Source: Octopus sinensis (taxonomy: Eukaryota). From it: DNA of 64,000 bases. The DNA is taken from positions 41,354,001 through 41,418,000 of the forward strand of contig NC_043012.1 in the NCBI RefSeq assembly GCF_006345805.1. Reading direction: 5' to 3'. The position numbers and the translations under genes were made by a program. The notes beneath the pieces are model-generated. The model did no database searches. It was not told where the DNA came from and worked only from the letters and a program-made list of their open reading frames with translations. Positions 27,427 to 41,087 of this stretch are shown here, piece after piece (within the stretch, counting starts at the first letter, position 1; each line of letters opens with the position of its first letter).

Positions 27427-29484
27427 ACGCCCGTAGCCCGTAGCCATTCTTACATTTTTAACATATATTCATTGGCTTAAGATTTCTTTTTTTTTTTCAC
27501 TTAATTTTTCTTCTATTTTTTACATTGGTTAGCTTAATTATTCTTTCACTGTATGTCATTCTTTAGATCCTGCTCTTCTAAAATTAGAGCTCCTCAATTT
27601 GATTACTTCTACATCATTTTGTATTGTTCCAATTAATAGTTGTCTAGACACTATTTGTTCAATACACACTTCCTCCCTGTTTTTATGTGGTTTTTCTAAA
27701 GTTTTCTTATAGCTTATTCCTTGGTCGGTTCAGTAGCTTCCCTTTATCTGCCTATTCATTCCACTATTGATATTATGTCTTGCTAAAGTTATTATTCTTT
27801 CCTATTATATGAATTAATACATTTCATTAGTATTTACTACATTTTAGGTTGTCGTTCTCTTTTAGAAATTGCAATTTTACATCTGAAGACGCTGAAGGTT
27901 TTTTTCCTATATAGTCTACGAGGGCTGTCTATGTGCTTTTTCTCTGATACCTCTACAATATCTTGCTATGTTGCAGCCTACCCAATCCCGCTTCATCCGT
28001 TGTCAATTTATTTTAAATATTTGAAAAGAAATTGCAAGTAATTTCAGGCCAATCGAATTTGTATAATTAATACATAAAATGTGTCTTAGGAACTAACTAA
28101 AGTGATCTATCGGAATGAATCCGGATAAGTTGTGTGAAGAATCCGGTATACAGTATGCATTGTGGTTTTCAGTTTTGAGTACCGTATGTTGGTCAGGATT
28201 TTCCAGGTTTCTGCTTCTTTAATCACAAGCCTGATGAAGGATTTTGTGGAAGAGAGCTGGTAGTTTTCTATACGTGCAGAGATACCTTCTCAATGCCGTT
28301 TGTGCTGCCTATGAGAGAGGCCTCTGTCTTAGGGCAAATATTTCTTGGCACCAGTCTCGTCTCATACGTTATCAAACCACAGAGAGTTAGCAGAAATAAC
28401 ACAAGCCTTCGAACCCAATATAAACCCGCAACAAAGCCTTAATTTTCTCCTAGTTGCAAACATTTGGTCATGGCTAAGTCCCCAAATACTTCATCCCAAG
28501 TCGCTGTCTTGTACGATCGAAGCCTGAAGAAATATAGTTGAGAAACTTCCAGTTATGTCCAAAGTAGAAAAATCCCTAAATTAGAATGTAAACAAAGAAA
28601 TAAAACAACAATAGAAAATAAAAATACAAAGAATCATAGAAATCGAAGCAGAAAGATGAAATATACGATTTTATATCCCAGAGTACATATTTTAATGTTT
28701 TGAAGAATCAGAAACATCCAGCCAATAAACAAATTGTTCAATTTTTTTGTCGTTTCGGTTCGATTTCACATCGTTTCCTCTTTTTTTTTATTATTTTTCT
28801 TTAAATATAAGTTTAAATATTCCTGTCCTTTTCTTTATATATAGATACATTTATATTTCTTTTCTTTTTTTCCTGTAAAGTTTGTGTTAATTTACTTCGT
28901 GATGTTGGAATTCCTATTTCATATTCAGGGTATTTTAATGTTTTGGGGAGTTGAGTGGGGTGACGGGCTGGGGGTTGGCTTATGAGAAAAAGATTAAAAC
29001 AAAATAGTGATGATGATAATAACAATAACAACAACAATAATAATAATAATAATATTGATAATAATAATAATATATGTAACATTGATGAAGTCAGCTAGAA
29101 TTTATATTCTATTTATTAATATTATTGTTATTATTATTCTTGCTATTGCTGGTTTCTTTTGGTATTTTTGTCTGTAAATTCTGTCTAAGACTCAGAGTTC
29201 ATTAAGCATTAAAAAATTAATTAAATTAATTTCTTTAATGAACTCTATTTGCTGTTCTTAACGAGCCAATATATGTGTTTGTATGTAGGTATATATTTAT
29301 ATATATATGATTGTGTGTATGTGTGTCTATATATGTATGAATGTAATATATGTATATATATATATGTGTGTGTGTTTATGTGTGTGCACGTATATATGTA
29401 TGTAAACCTACGTATCAATGTGCTATATATATATATGTAAATACATACATATATGTAAACTTGTATTAAATATATATATATATG

Positions 29485-29628
<144 letters not shown>

Positions 29629-29885
29629 GAGAGATGTGTTTTCAGACAGAGACCACCAGGAGAGAGAAGGAAAGAGAAGAGAAGGATTTGAAATAAAAAC
29701 ACGACTGAAACAAAGTATAAATCTTTTCTTCCATTTTCTTTTTGCGTTCGCGCAACACCTTTTTTGTTGCGCGAATAAGATTTTATTCCCGTGTGGTGTT
29801 TTTTTGTTTTCTTCTTTAAATTTCGTTTCCATAAATTACCTCCCCTTCGTTCTTTGCAGTTTCTTCCCCTTTAGATATCACTGTT

Positions 29886-29929
<44 letters not shown>

Positions 29930-30318
29930 TATATTGTATATGATGTTGCAGCTGTTCGTGTCATTGCTGTATGCTAGTCTCAGTGTCTAAGTTAATAAGA
30001 ATAAAAGTCTGATTTGATAGATCGATAGGTAAAATGGAGAGTTCTCTAAAATGAACAGTAAACGGTGTAGGTTAAATTTTCCACGATTCGCTTCGTAGAA
30101 AATGTAGTTAAAATGGTTGAAGATCATCACGAAGAAATGAATTCAGTGCTTGGATGTTCCTCTTCGACACAAATAATGTCTCTTGCTTGCTTTCTTCTGT
30201 GTGTGTATGTGTGTTATTTTAACCTAAAATTGAAAATGAATTCGCAAATTATAATACGTTATATCAACAGATATTATTCTATTTAATTTAAAAATACACA
30301 ATTACATACATATATACA

Positions 30319-30383
<65 letters not shown>

Positions 30384-30727
30384 TCTTATTTGTTTATATA
30401 TATTATATGTATATCAATGATGGAGATTTCTGACGTCCTTTCAATGTGATAATCTTACGTATAAAAGTTACATGCCTCTGATCTTTGTACAATAAATTTT
30501 GGTTATATAATTTGCATTATGCATCTATTAATCAGCTTGTGTTAATGAAACATACGTAAGAGTAAGAGCGGGTGACTGAATATCTTACGGGCAATTCCTC
30601 ATGTTCATGTTTGTGTGTGTGCGCGTGTGTATGTGCGTGTGTGTGTATGTGTCAGTGTGTTCCTATGCTTTTAATTACAAGTAAGACGGCCCTACCCACA
30701 GTTTCTGCCAATCAATTATACTCCCAA

Positions 30728-31145
30728 AGCAAGGCGGAGAGCTGGCAGAAACGTTAGCACGTCGGGCGAAATGCATAGCGGTGTTTCGTCTGCCGTTACG
30801 TTGTGAGTTCAAATTTCGCCGAGGTCGACTTTACCTTTCATCCTTTCGAGGTCGATAAATTAAGTACCAGTTACGCACTGGGGTCGATGTAATCGACTTA
30901 ATGCCTATCTCTGTCCTTTTTTGTCCCCTCTATTTTTAGCCCCTTGTGGGTAATAAAGAAATAGGTATTTCGTCTGCTGTTACGTTGTGAGTTCAAATTC
31001 TGCCGAGGTCGACTTTGCATTTCATCCTTTCGTGGTCGATAAATTAAGTACCAGTTACTCACTGGGGTCTATGTAATCGACTTAATTCGCTTGTCTGTCC
31101 TTGTTTGTCTCCTCTATGTTTAGCCCCTTGTGGGTTATAAAGAAA
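30728..31145 (+). mobile_element. Tandem dimer of a CORE-type tRNA-derived SINE
   Basis: Head AAGGCGGAGAGCTGGCAGAAACGTTAGC, then two copies of GAGTTCAAATT..GCCGAGGTCGACTTT.C.TTTCATCCTTTCG.GGTCGATAAATTAAGTACCAGT. Confidence 0.85.
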
Positions 31146-33588
31146 CTTATACACCCAAAGCAATGTTTGGCTCGAGGCTTTAGTAGTAGACATCTGCCCT
31201 CTATTCCCACCGCGGGACTGAACCTGAAATCCTATGGTTGCAACGCAAGCTTCTTAACCCAGACGTCATGCCTTTCTCTATTGTCGATATAGTATTTGTT
31301 TGATGTTGTTTAATGGTTAACTCGATTTCCGTACTCGATGGAACACGAGATCGATCCTCTACATCCGTGTTCCACAAACAGTTTGGCATTACCGACAGGT
31401 CTCATGCAAATCATTTCTTCCGCGGACTGAGCGATCACGCGCTTCAGAAAACCTAATAAAGTGCATAATATATAATGTATTAACGTCGTAACGTATAATC
31501 CACATTTTCCCCCAAAATGTAATGGTCAAAATCCCTAGTGCGTACAATATACGGGGTTAGAAATGAAAATTATTTTCTAAGCAATGTCCGAGTCTCTATT
31601 TGCTGTCCGGTAATGTTTATTCAGACGCATTTTGTGATGTCGGGCGCGAAAAAACTTTAAGCTAAGCCTGAAATCAATGAAGTCGTAAAAAAAATCATCC
31701 ATAACTTGCAGTAAGCAACATTTATTAAACGTTATTAAACGTTATTACTGTTATTTCTTTATTTTCTGCAAACAAAATGCACAAAAAAGCTATACGTTTG
31801 CATTATGTTATATATACAATAATAATAAAGTACGTTCAGGAATCGAAACCACAATATTACGATCATGAATCCAAAACCCTAACCGCTAAGTCACTCTCCT
31901 CCACACAAAGACACACACAGAGATATATACTTTTGTATGGAGTAGGTTTCTTTCAGTTTCCGTATACTAAATCCTCTCACAAGGTTTTACTTGATCTGGA
32001 GCTTTAGAGGAAAACACTTGCCCAAAGTACTCCATGGTGGGGCTTAAGCCAGGGCGATGTGGTTGGGAGGTTAGATCGCCTATAGTTAGGGGTTTATCAG
32101 ATTTGCGCCGATCCAGAACCGAAAAACCACTGAAAACTTACAAACTGCTTTTCATATTGTTTGATAGAGTCAAGTTTCTACTACATCATGGAGGTTATTT
32201 GTAGCACGTTGGACAGAAATATTTCAGGCCTCATTACGGGTGGTCGAATACAGAATGTCATATCGCTGGCCTGTAACAAGACCTCACCAAACTGTTAGCT
32301 GATTATAAAACCCGCGCCATATTTGGTTCTTTTTCATGTCTTATTTTTCGATTTAATCGTAATTTGTTTGAACAAGAGAAGAAATTATTGGAAATGTGGA
32401 AGGAAAGATAATTTATGAAGGGTTTCATTAACGCAGAGAAAATTAAATAGATAATAAGTTAATAGAGGTTAAAGAAAGATAAATCAATTAATTAAAATTG
32501 CATAATTATATTTCAATTTTTTGATCTCTCCATGTAATTATAATAAACAATCAATATATAAGATAACAAATAAGGCAATACTATTTATATTAATAATAAT
32601 AATAGTAATATTAAAATTAAAATAAAATGTCAAAGGAAAGATTCAAGAAAAGGCACTTACAAATTGCTTTGTATAAAGTTTATTTTATAATTAATCACAT
32701 TTACCATAGTATGAAAATATTATCAAATTTAATTTACAGATTAAGTGTTAAAATATGATTACGAATTAATTAAAAAGGATTTGGATTAATTTATTAAAAT
32801 TCCCAAGAAAATAACAGAAAACAAATTCTTTAAAATACAAAAACTTCCGTCTGTAAAAAATAAAAAAAGAGAAAAGGCAATTATGTAAACACAAATCAAC
32901 ATTTATTGTAATTGTGTGAAAAGTAATGATAAATAAATGTAATTAACGATAACAATGGTGATGATGATGGTGATGATGATGGTGATGACGGTTGTGACGA
33001 TGACGATGATGAAGGTGATGATGACGATGAGGATTATGGTGGTGATGATGACGACGACTAAGGTGATGATATATGAAAATTTGGGAGATTAAAAACATGG
33101 TGTAGATTATGATGTTGCTGCTGATGATGAAAATAATGATAAGAAGAGGTATGATTTTGACATTGATAATGATGATCATGATGATGATGGTGACGAAGAA
33201 GGAGATGATGATAATGGCGGCAACAGTGATGATGGCGATAATGATGTTAATTATTATTAGGATGTAAAATAATCGAAATTGAAATTTTCTCCAAGAAAAG
33301 TTGTCTAACTAGAAAATGAGACGAAAGCAAAAATGCGTTCAGAGACACATAGACACACACATGCACGCATAGACACACACTCACACACACACACACGTAC
33401 ACACACAAACACACACATGTATATTTCCCGAAATATATATACATGTATATATATATCTACATATGTATATATACATTTACATACATATGCATATATATAT
33501 ACATACATATATATACTTATATATATATATATACATATCTATATGTATATGTATATACATATATATATATATATATATGCATATATAT

Positions 33589-33632
<44 letters not shown>

Positions 33633-33636
33633 CATA

Positions 33637-33716
<80 letters not shown>

Positions 33717-33746
33717 CATACATACATACATACACACACATACATA

Positions 33747-33777
<31 letters not shown>

Positions 33778-34105
33778 CTGAAACACTCAGCCTTTATCCA
33801 CCCATATATGACTATAATGCATACTTGCAGATATATTCATATGGGGGGGGGGGTGATATATGTGTGTGTGTGTGTTGCGGATGGGTGGGGGGAGGAAACC
33901 AGGATTGGTGAAAATTGAGCTCAGACTGGTGTAATATACATGATTGCAGATGGCGACAGGCGTCAAGAACACGAACGATGTTTGAAATTCATGAAACCGT
34001 AGAAATATTGACTGAAATGATTGCGATAATGACATATACATGTATGCATACACACCGACACACGAACAGGGACACGCACATATTATATATACATATATAT
34101 GTATG

Positions 34106-34157
<52 letters not shown>

Positions 34158-34243
34158 GTATATATTGTATTAAGGATCGTAAGGCCAGAACATGCGAAGT
34201 AAATGCAATAGATATATGAGTTAATGTAGAATTATCGTGCATT

Positions 34244-34340
34244 CGATATTTCAGGGTTATGACCCCATCCTCGAAAAATTAACGAGTGCTGCAACATTCG
34301 TTAATTTCTTGAAAATGGGGTCATAACCCCGTGAATATCG
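34244..34340. repeat. Imperfect inverted repeat (~40-bp arms), MITE-like hairpin
   Basis: CGATATT..GGGTTATGACCCCAT..AATTAACGA pairs with TCGTTAATT..ATGGGGTCATAACCC..AATATCG. Confidence 0.6.
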
Positions 34341-34982
34341 TATATTTATTTTCTTGTGATTTGCCTTGCTTTTGTTTCGAATTGTTCTGGCCTTACCCAC
34401 CTTCATTTATACAATATATTCTACACAATGCTTCATCAGATCTATTCAATTATAATACTGATGTTTATATGTATGCAGGTATGTCTATACAGCGAAATTG
34501 ATGAAAAAATAGCAGAGTGAACTTGCCCTGAAAAGTTAAATGAGCAACATTTCGGACATATTCCTTCTTCAAGGAAATGTTGGGTTAAGAAATTAATGAA
34601 AGGTTGCTGAGTTTTACATCCTCTGTCTTTGATTCCCGGTACCCAAGCTAGGAGGCACCATTTTAAAATCAGGAAGACCAGATAGACTGCTGACCAGTAT
34701 GGCCCGTGGCAGTATTTGAACTCAGAACGCAAGACAGCGACTTTTTCCTGTTTACCGCATTAAATCAGTAATTTTTATATCGATTTCGAAAGGAGGAAAA
34801 ACAAACTTACCTGGCTCTCTCTTTCTGTATCTGTCTGTCTCTCTCTCCTTCTCTCTCTCTCTCTCTGCATCTTTTTCTTTCTCCCTCCTCCTCTCAGTCT
34901 CTTTCTTCCTCTCATCTTCTCTGCCTCTCTTTTTGTGAATCTCTTTCTCTTCATCTCTCTCCTTTGTGTCTCGTTCTCTTCT

Positions 34983-35432
34983 ACTCTAGGCACAAAGCCC
35001 GAAATTTTGGGGGAGGGGACCAGTCGATTAGATCGACTCCAGTACGTAGAACTGGTAGTTAATTAATCGTCTCTAGTACGCAGAACTGGTACTTAATTAA
35101 GTACTCGGAACTGGTACTTAATTAATCGACGCCGAAAGGATGAAAGGCAAAGTCAACCTGGGCGAAATTTGAACTGAGAGCGTAAAAGACAGACGAAATA
35201 CCTATTTCTTTACTACTCACAAGGGGCTAAACACATAGAGGACAAATAAGACAAACGGATTAAGTCGATTATATCGACCCCAGTGCGTAACTGGTACTTA
35301 TTTAATCGACCCCGAAAGGATGAAAGGCAAAGTCGACCTCGGCGGAATTTGAACTCAGAACGTAGCGGCAGACGAAATACTCCTAAGCATCTCGCCCGGC
35401 GTGCTAACCACTCTGCCAGCTCGTCGCCGTTC
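34983..35432 (-). mobile_element. Tandem dimer of a CORE-type SINE (inverse orientation to 30728-31145)
   Basis: Two CCGAAAGGATGAAAGGCAAAGTC.ACCT.GGC..AATTTGAACT units, with the same junction sequence as the 30.9-kb dimer. Confidence 0.85.
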
Positions 35433-35492
35433 TCTCTGTCTTATTCTACTAGTGTATGATTTACATTATCTATCGTGTGATATTTTTAGATA

Positions 35493-35822
35493 GTGAAGGC
35501 GTGTGGCTTAGTGGCTTTGTGGTTAGGGTATCCGGTTCACGATCAAAAGGTCGCTAGTTCGATTCCCAGCGGCGCGTTGTGTCCTTGAGCAAGACACTTT
35601 ATTTCACGTTGCTCCGGTCCACTCAGCTGGCAAAACTGAGTTGTACTTGTATTTCAAAGAGACCAACCTTCTCACACTCTGTTTCACGCTGAATCTCCCT
35701 GGGAACTACGTTAAAACTACCAGTGACTGCGGAGTGCTCAGCCACGTGCCATTAATTTCACGAGCAAATGTTCCATTGATGGGTCAACTGGAATTCTCGT
35801 CGTCGTAAGCGACGGAATGCCA
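35493..35822 (+). mobile_element. tRNA-derived SINE, alternative head on the family B 3' body
   Basis: Head GAAGGCGTGTGGCTTAGTGG...AGTTCGATTCCC...TGTCCTTGAGCAAGACAC. The 3' half TGTATTTCAAAG...CACGCTGAATCTCC...GGAGTGCTCAGCCAC...GTCGTCGTAA.CGACGG is shared with 5800-5978. Confidence 0.8.
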
Positions 35823-36648
35823 GATTCTTCTTACATAAGATTGCACTGTGGTAATTCGAGGTGGAATTGGTTGTTATTTCTAGAGGGTCGAAGGTTCTTC
35901 TCGAGAGACAGGTGATGTTTGGTACTGGTAGTGGCGGCTGATTGTGGAATACATGGAGTCATTTGTTAATTAAAGTGACTATTGAGCGTTTCTGCACGAC
36001 AGGGGTCACCGTGTCAAATAAGAGTTAAATGTTTGGCAAATTTAGCTTTGAAAATGTCGAGGAAATTTAATTGTTGTCTATTTGAACTGAAGAGGGAGGG
36101 TGTGTTGAGGCGGGGTGTTTTGTGAGAGCGTGTGTGGACATGTGTATTTGGAAGAGAGGTGTTGCGAAGTTTGAAGAATATTAATAGAATGTAAGAGGTG
36201 GTGTTGGTGTTGGCGGCGGCTGTGGTGGTGGAAGTGGAACTAATAAGGACGGTAATAATGGCAGAAAAAGTGAACCTCTAATTAGTAAGTGATGTTTCCA
36301 ATCAAGAAGTGTCAATAATTATTGGTATAGCTGAAACCACACACACATACACACTTACACACACGTGTATTTATGTATACGTAAGCAAATCGATTCCTCC
36401 GATTTACCGAAGTCTTCATTTCTATGAACTCTACCTCTCCGATGAGAGGGACGGATGTTCGGTTCCTGATTGGATTCCATAGTGAAGTGAGGGCAAGTTA
36501 GATCAATGCCGCTTTCTCTGTCCAGTGGTCAAGTGTAGACAAAGAGTTGTACTGAATTCTCCTGAGTCTCTAATTCAGCGTAATATACACCCGGGACACC
36601 TTTGTTAATTATATCTAATCTATGTATATGCATATGTATGTATGTATT

Positions 36649-37785
36649 GAAAAGATCTCAGAATTTTAATTGATTTGCTTTTCGCAGGAAGGAAGTTTTC
36701 TTCGAAGTATACGTCTCGCTTTTATCCTTCGAAACGTTTAGTAGATGAAACCTTAGCGACTGAAGAAGGGGATTTTTCGTTGTGGTTATTGTCCTGTATC
36801 TCTTTTTTTGCTTGTCTTGTTCCTTGGTTTGTGTCTATGTTTTTCGTCTCTCTATGTGTTCGACGTCTTTTTGGTGTCCTGTACACATATATGCGTGTAT
36901 ATGTACATGTAGAGGTAGGTACGTACATATATGTTTATATATATGCATATGTTCTATTTTATTAACATATTATACGACTAAACGCACGCACCCTATTAAG
37001 TAAGATTGTTCTGTTTATCAAGTTAGCCTTGATATTAACTCTCACGCGACTCTGCATCTTTCTTTCTTTCTCTCCCATTCCCTTTTTCGTCTTTTTTTCC
37101 CTCACTTAACTTGTCTCTTCCTCTCTCTCTCCCCCTCACCGTTCTTCATCGTCTCCTCGCACCATTCCCTCTTCTCTTCTTCCTCTTGCTCCTCCTCCCC
37201 CATTCCCGTCGTCCATCTGCGATGATACTTCCGTCGTAACTGCTATCCTGTCTTTTCTCGCCCGCCTTCTAAGGCTACTGGTCGACATTCTTTCTCTCTC
37301 GTCGTCCACTTTAATCCAGCGTTTGCAATACTTTTTTCGTCTGGCGTTAACAGCCCTTCTTATCTTGTTCTCCTTGTCCTGTCTCTCACTGTTATATATT
37401 TATTTTTCCACTGTTTATATATATATTTTTTACTGTTTATATGTTTGTACTGTCGTTACCGTCTTGCTTTTTTTACCCCTCTGCGAAAAGATCTCAGAAT
37501 TTTAATTGATTTGCTTTTCGCAGGAAGGAAGTTTTCTTCGAAGTATACGTCTCGCTTTTATCCTTCGAACGTTTAGTAGATAACCTTAGCGACTGAAGAA
37601 GGGGATTTTTCGTTGTGGTTATTGTCCTGTATCTCTTTTTTTGCTTGTCTTGTTCCTTGGTTTGTGTCTATGTTTTTCGTCTCTCTATGTGTTCGACGTC
37701 TTTTTGGTGTCCTGTACACATATATGCGTGTATATGTACATGTAGAGGTAGGTACGTACATATATGTTTATATATGCATATGTTC
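36649..37785. mobile_element. Element with ~305-bp direct repeats spaced 836 nt apart (36649-36954 and 37485-37785)
   Basis: GAAAAGATCTCAGAATTTTAATTG...GCATATGTTC is duplicated with a few small indels. The interior is pyrimidine-rich and non-coding. Confidence 0.8.
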
Positions 37786-37794
37786 ATTTAAACA

Positions 37795-37860
<66 letters not shown>

Positions 37861-37864
37861 TATA

Positions 37865-38113
37865 TGAATGTATGTATGCCTACCAATACGCACACTCACT
37901 CGTACGTATATATGTATGTATTGTATGTATATATGTATGTATGTATTGTATTGTATTTATTTATGTATGTATGTATTGTATGTATTTATGTACGTATGTA
38001 TGTATGTATGTATGTATGTATGTACGTACGTATGTATGTATGTATGTATGTATGTATGTATGTATGTATTGTATGTATGTATGTACGTATGTATGTATGT
38101 ACGTATGTATGTA
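37865..38113. repeat. Interrupted (TATG)n array, left flank of the CR1 LINE
   Basis: Visible directly, with TACG and TATT interruptions. Confidence 0.9.
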
Positions 38114-39932
38114 ACTTAACTTAGAATAACTTAGAAAGGTTTTTGGCCAGTATTGGCCCAGGCCATGTCTAACTTAATAGCACCACCTGGCGAAGTCTTT
38201 CAGTTCAGGATTTGGGCACCAAGGCCCATTCGAGCAGAGAGTTATTGTTTGCGGAGACATATCCGGGTGTGGGTGGTTTGTCCGGTACTGTTTGAAGGAA
38301 TTTGTCCAAAGACTTCTTGAATTTTGTGTGGTCAGTTTCTTTTTTGACGTGTCCTAGTGTAATGTTGAAGAGAGCGGGTCCAATTGAGGTGAAATAGTTG
38401 TGCCGTATTGTCGTTATGTGATGCGATTTAGATTTTTGTTGTGGACGGATGGCACGTGGTCCAAGCCTTGGATGCATTTTGAAGGTGATGCCAACATCAT
38501 TCGGACAGTGCTGATGGAATTTTTCCACATCATACAGATAATGTAGCGTTCACGGCGTCGTTGGAGTGAATACAATTTCAGCTTCTCTAGTCTACCCCAG
38601 TAGTCAAGGTCTGACATGCCATCTATCTTTTTTGTGATTGACCTTTGGGGAGCTTCAATTCTCATAATATTTTGTTTTGGTGTAGGGAGACCACAGTGGA
38701 CAGCAGTATTCAAGGTGGGGTCGGGCAAAAGTGGAGAAGAGAAGGATAATAGCGTGGGAATCTCTCGACTGGAAGGTTCTGAGAATCCAGGAACACATTC
38801 TGCGGGCCATGTCAACTTTGCTGCTTATATGTGTAGCCCAGCTTATGTTGTTGTCCACTGTTACTCCCAGGTCTCTGATGTTGTTGGATGCCATGAGAAT
38901 TTCTCCAGAAGGAAGAGAGTATGGGAGTTTCAGAGCGTCCTCCCTTCCAAAGTGGATCAGTTCGAATTTGTCTTCATTTTTAGCAACATGTTATTCTTTT
39001 CCGCCCATTGGACAACAGCCAGTAGGTCTGACTGAAGGTTTATTCGGTCATCCACGCCATTGATGACCTTCTGGAGCTTGGAATCATCAGCGAAGGTTCT
39101 GATGTTGCTGTGTTTGATGGTGTCAGTAATATCATTTATGTAGATGATGAAGAGAAGTGGGCCCAACACAGTGCCTTGTGGGACACCACTGCTGACTTTG
39201 GCTGGCTGGATTTGACTCCTTCGACTACAACATGTTGGGTTCTGTTAGAGAGGAAGCACTTGATCCATTGCAGCAGCTTTCCAGTGACACCAATATTGGA
39301 CAGCTTTCTCAGAAGGATCTTATGATCAACCCTGTCAAAGGCCTTGCTGAAATCAAGGTAGATGACATCAGTGTTGGAACCCTCTCCCAAGGCTCTCAAA
39401 ATGTCATCAAAATGATGCAGTAGCTGCGTCAGGCAATCTCTCCCATTACGGAATCCATGCTGGTTGGGGTTCAGCATATTATGACTCTCAAGGAAGTGAG
39501 TCATACGCGATCTCAGCACCCTCTCAAATACCTTGATGATATGAGAGGTGAGTGAGATTGGACGGTAATTCACGGCAAGCGATTTGTTTCCTTTTTTGAA
39601 AACTGGGACAACAGACTGGGATAGAAGGTCTTCTGGTATATATCCAGCATCCAATGAGTTCCGCCACAATTGGCTAGAGGGGGTGCAAGTTGGTTTTGAC
39701 ACATCTTCAAGACACAAGCAGGGAACCTATCGGGACCTACTGCTGAATTATGCTTCATTTCCTTTATTGCTGCTAAGACATCAGGAGCGCCAAATGTTAT
39801 GTCCGATAAAGTGTATTGGGGAGTAACATCACTGATACAGCCCAGATCAGTCATATCAGGATTGCTGAAAACAGAGCAATATTGTTTCTGCAATATTTCT
39901 CCCATGGTTTTGGCATTGTCTTTTGGCATACA
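38114..39932 (-). mobile_element. 5'-truncated, frameshifted CR1-clade LINE (reverse transcriptase plus C-terminus)
   Basis: Overlapping ORFs give VVPVFKKGNKSLAVNYRPISLTS, QHGFRNGRDCLTQLL, YLDFSKAFDRVDH, LGPLLFIIYINDI...FADDSK, IRDLGVTVD, RPHLEYCCPLWSP and LKLYSLQRRRER. Confidence 0.92.
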
Positions 39933-40622
39933 TTGTATGTATGTATGTATGTATTGTATGTATATATGTACGTATGTATGTATGTATGTATGTATGTATT
40001 GTATGTATGTATGTACGTATGTATGTATGTATGTATTTAATGTATGTATGTATGTATGTATATATGTATGTATGTATGTATTGTATGTATGTATGTATGT
40101 ACGTATGTATGTATGTATGTATGTATGTATGTATTGTATGTATGCATGTATGTATGTATGTATGCATTGTATGTATGTATGTACGTATGTATGTATGTAT
40201 GTATGTATGTATTGTATGTATGTATGTATGTATGTATGTATTTAATGTATGTATGTATGTATGTATGTATGTATATATGTATGTATGTATGTATGTATTG
40301 TATGTATGTATGTATGTATGTATTGTATGTATGTATGTACGTATGTATGTATGTACGTATGTATGTATGTATGTATGTATGTATTGTATGTATGTATGTA
40401 TGCATGTATGTATGTATGTATGTAATGTATGTATGTATGTATGTATGTATTGTATGTATGTATGTATGTATGTATGTATTGTATGTATGTATGTATGTAT
40501 GTATGTGTATGTATGTATGTATTGTATGTATGTATGTATGTATGTATGTATGTATGTATGTATGTATTGTATGTATGTATGTATGCATGTATGTATGTAT
40601 GTATGTATGTATGTATGTATTG

Positions 40623-40656
<34 letters not shown>

Positions 40657-40710
40657 TGTATTGTATTTATGTATGTATGTATGTATGTATTGTATGTATT
40701 TATGTATGTG
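39933..40710. repeat. Long interrupted (TATG)n array, right flank of the CR1 LINE
   Basis: Visible directly. It is the source of the MYVCMYV ORFs. Confidence 0.95.
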
Positions 40711-41056
40711 TATAGAGAAAGCGCGAGATTGAGAAAGATAGAGAGAGTGAGAGCATTACATTATATTACATCTTCTAAAATATGTGTGGTGTCTAGCGTA
40801 TTTACTCTCAGGTCTAAGGCATTCCAAATATGACCATCATGCCTCATCAGAAGACATAGACTACCTCAGTTATCCCAATATGCTTTTAACTTTAAATATA
40901 AATTTGTGAGTAACTGCGATATCCGTGGCTGCTATTTCTGACAAATTCATTAACTGCATAGATACTTCCTTATCGGGCCGCAAGCGATTGTTGGTTGGGT
41001 GTCCACATAGCTGGTTACTTGTTCATTAAGTATTGCTTGATCTCATAATCCCCCAT

Positions 41057-41087
<31 letters not shown>

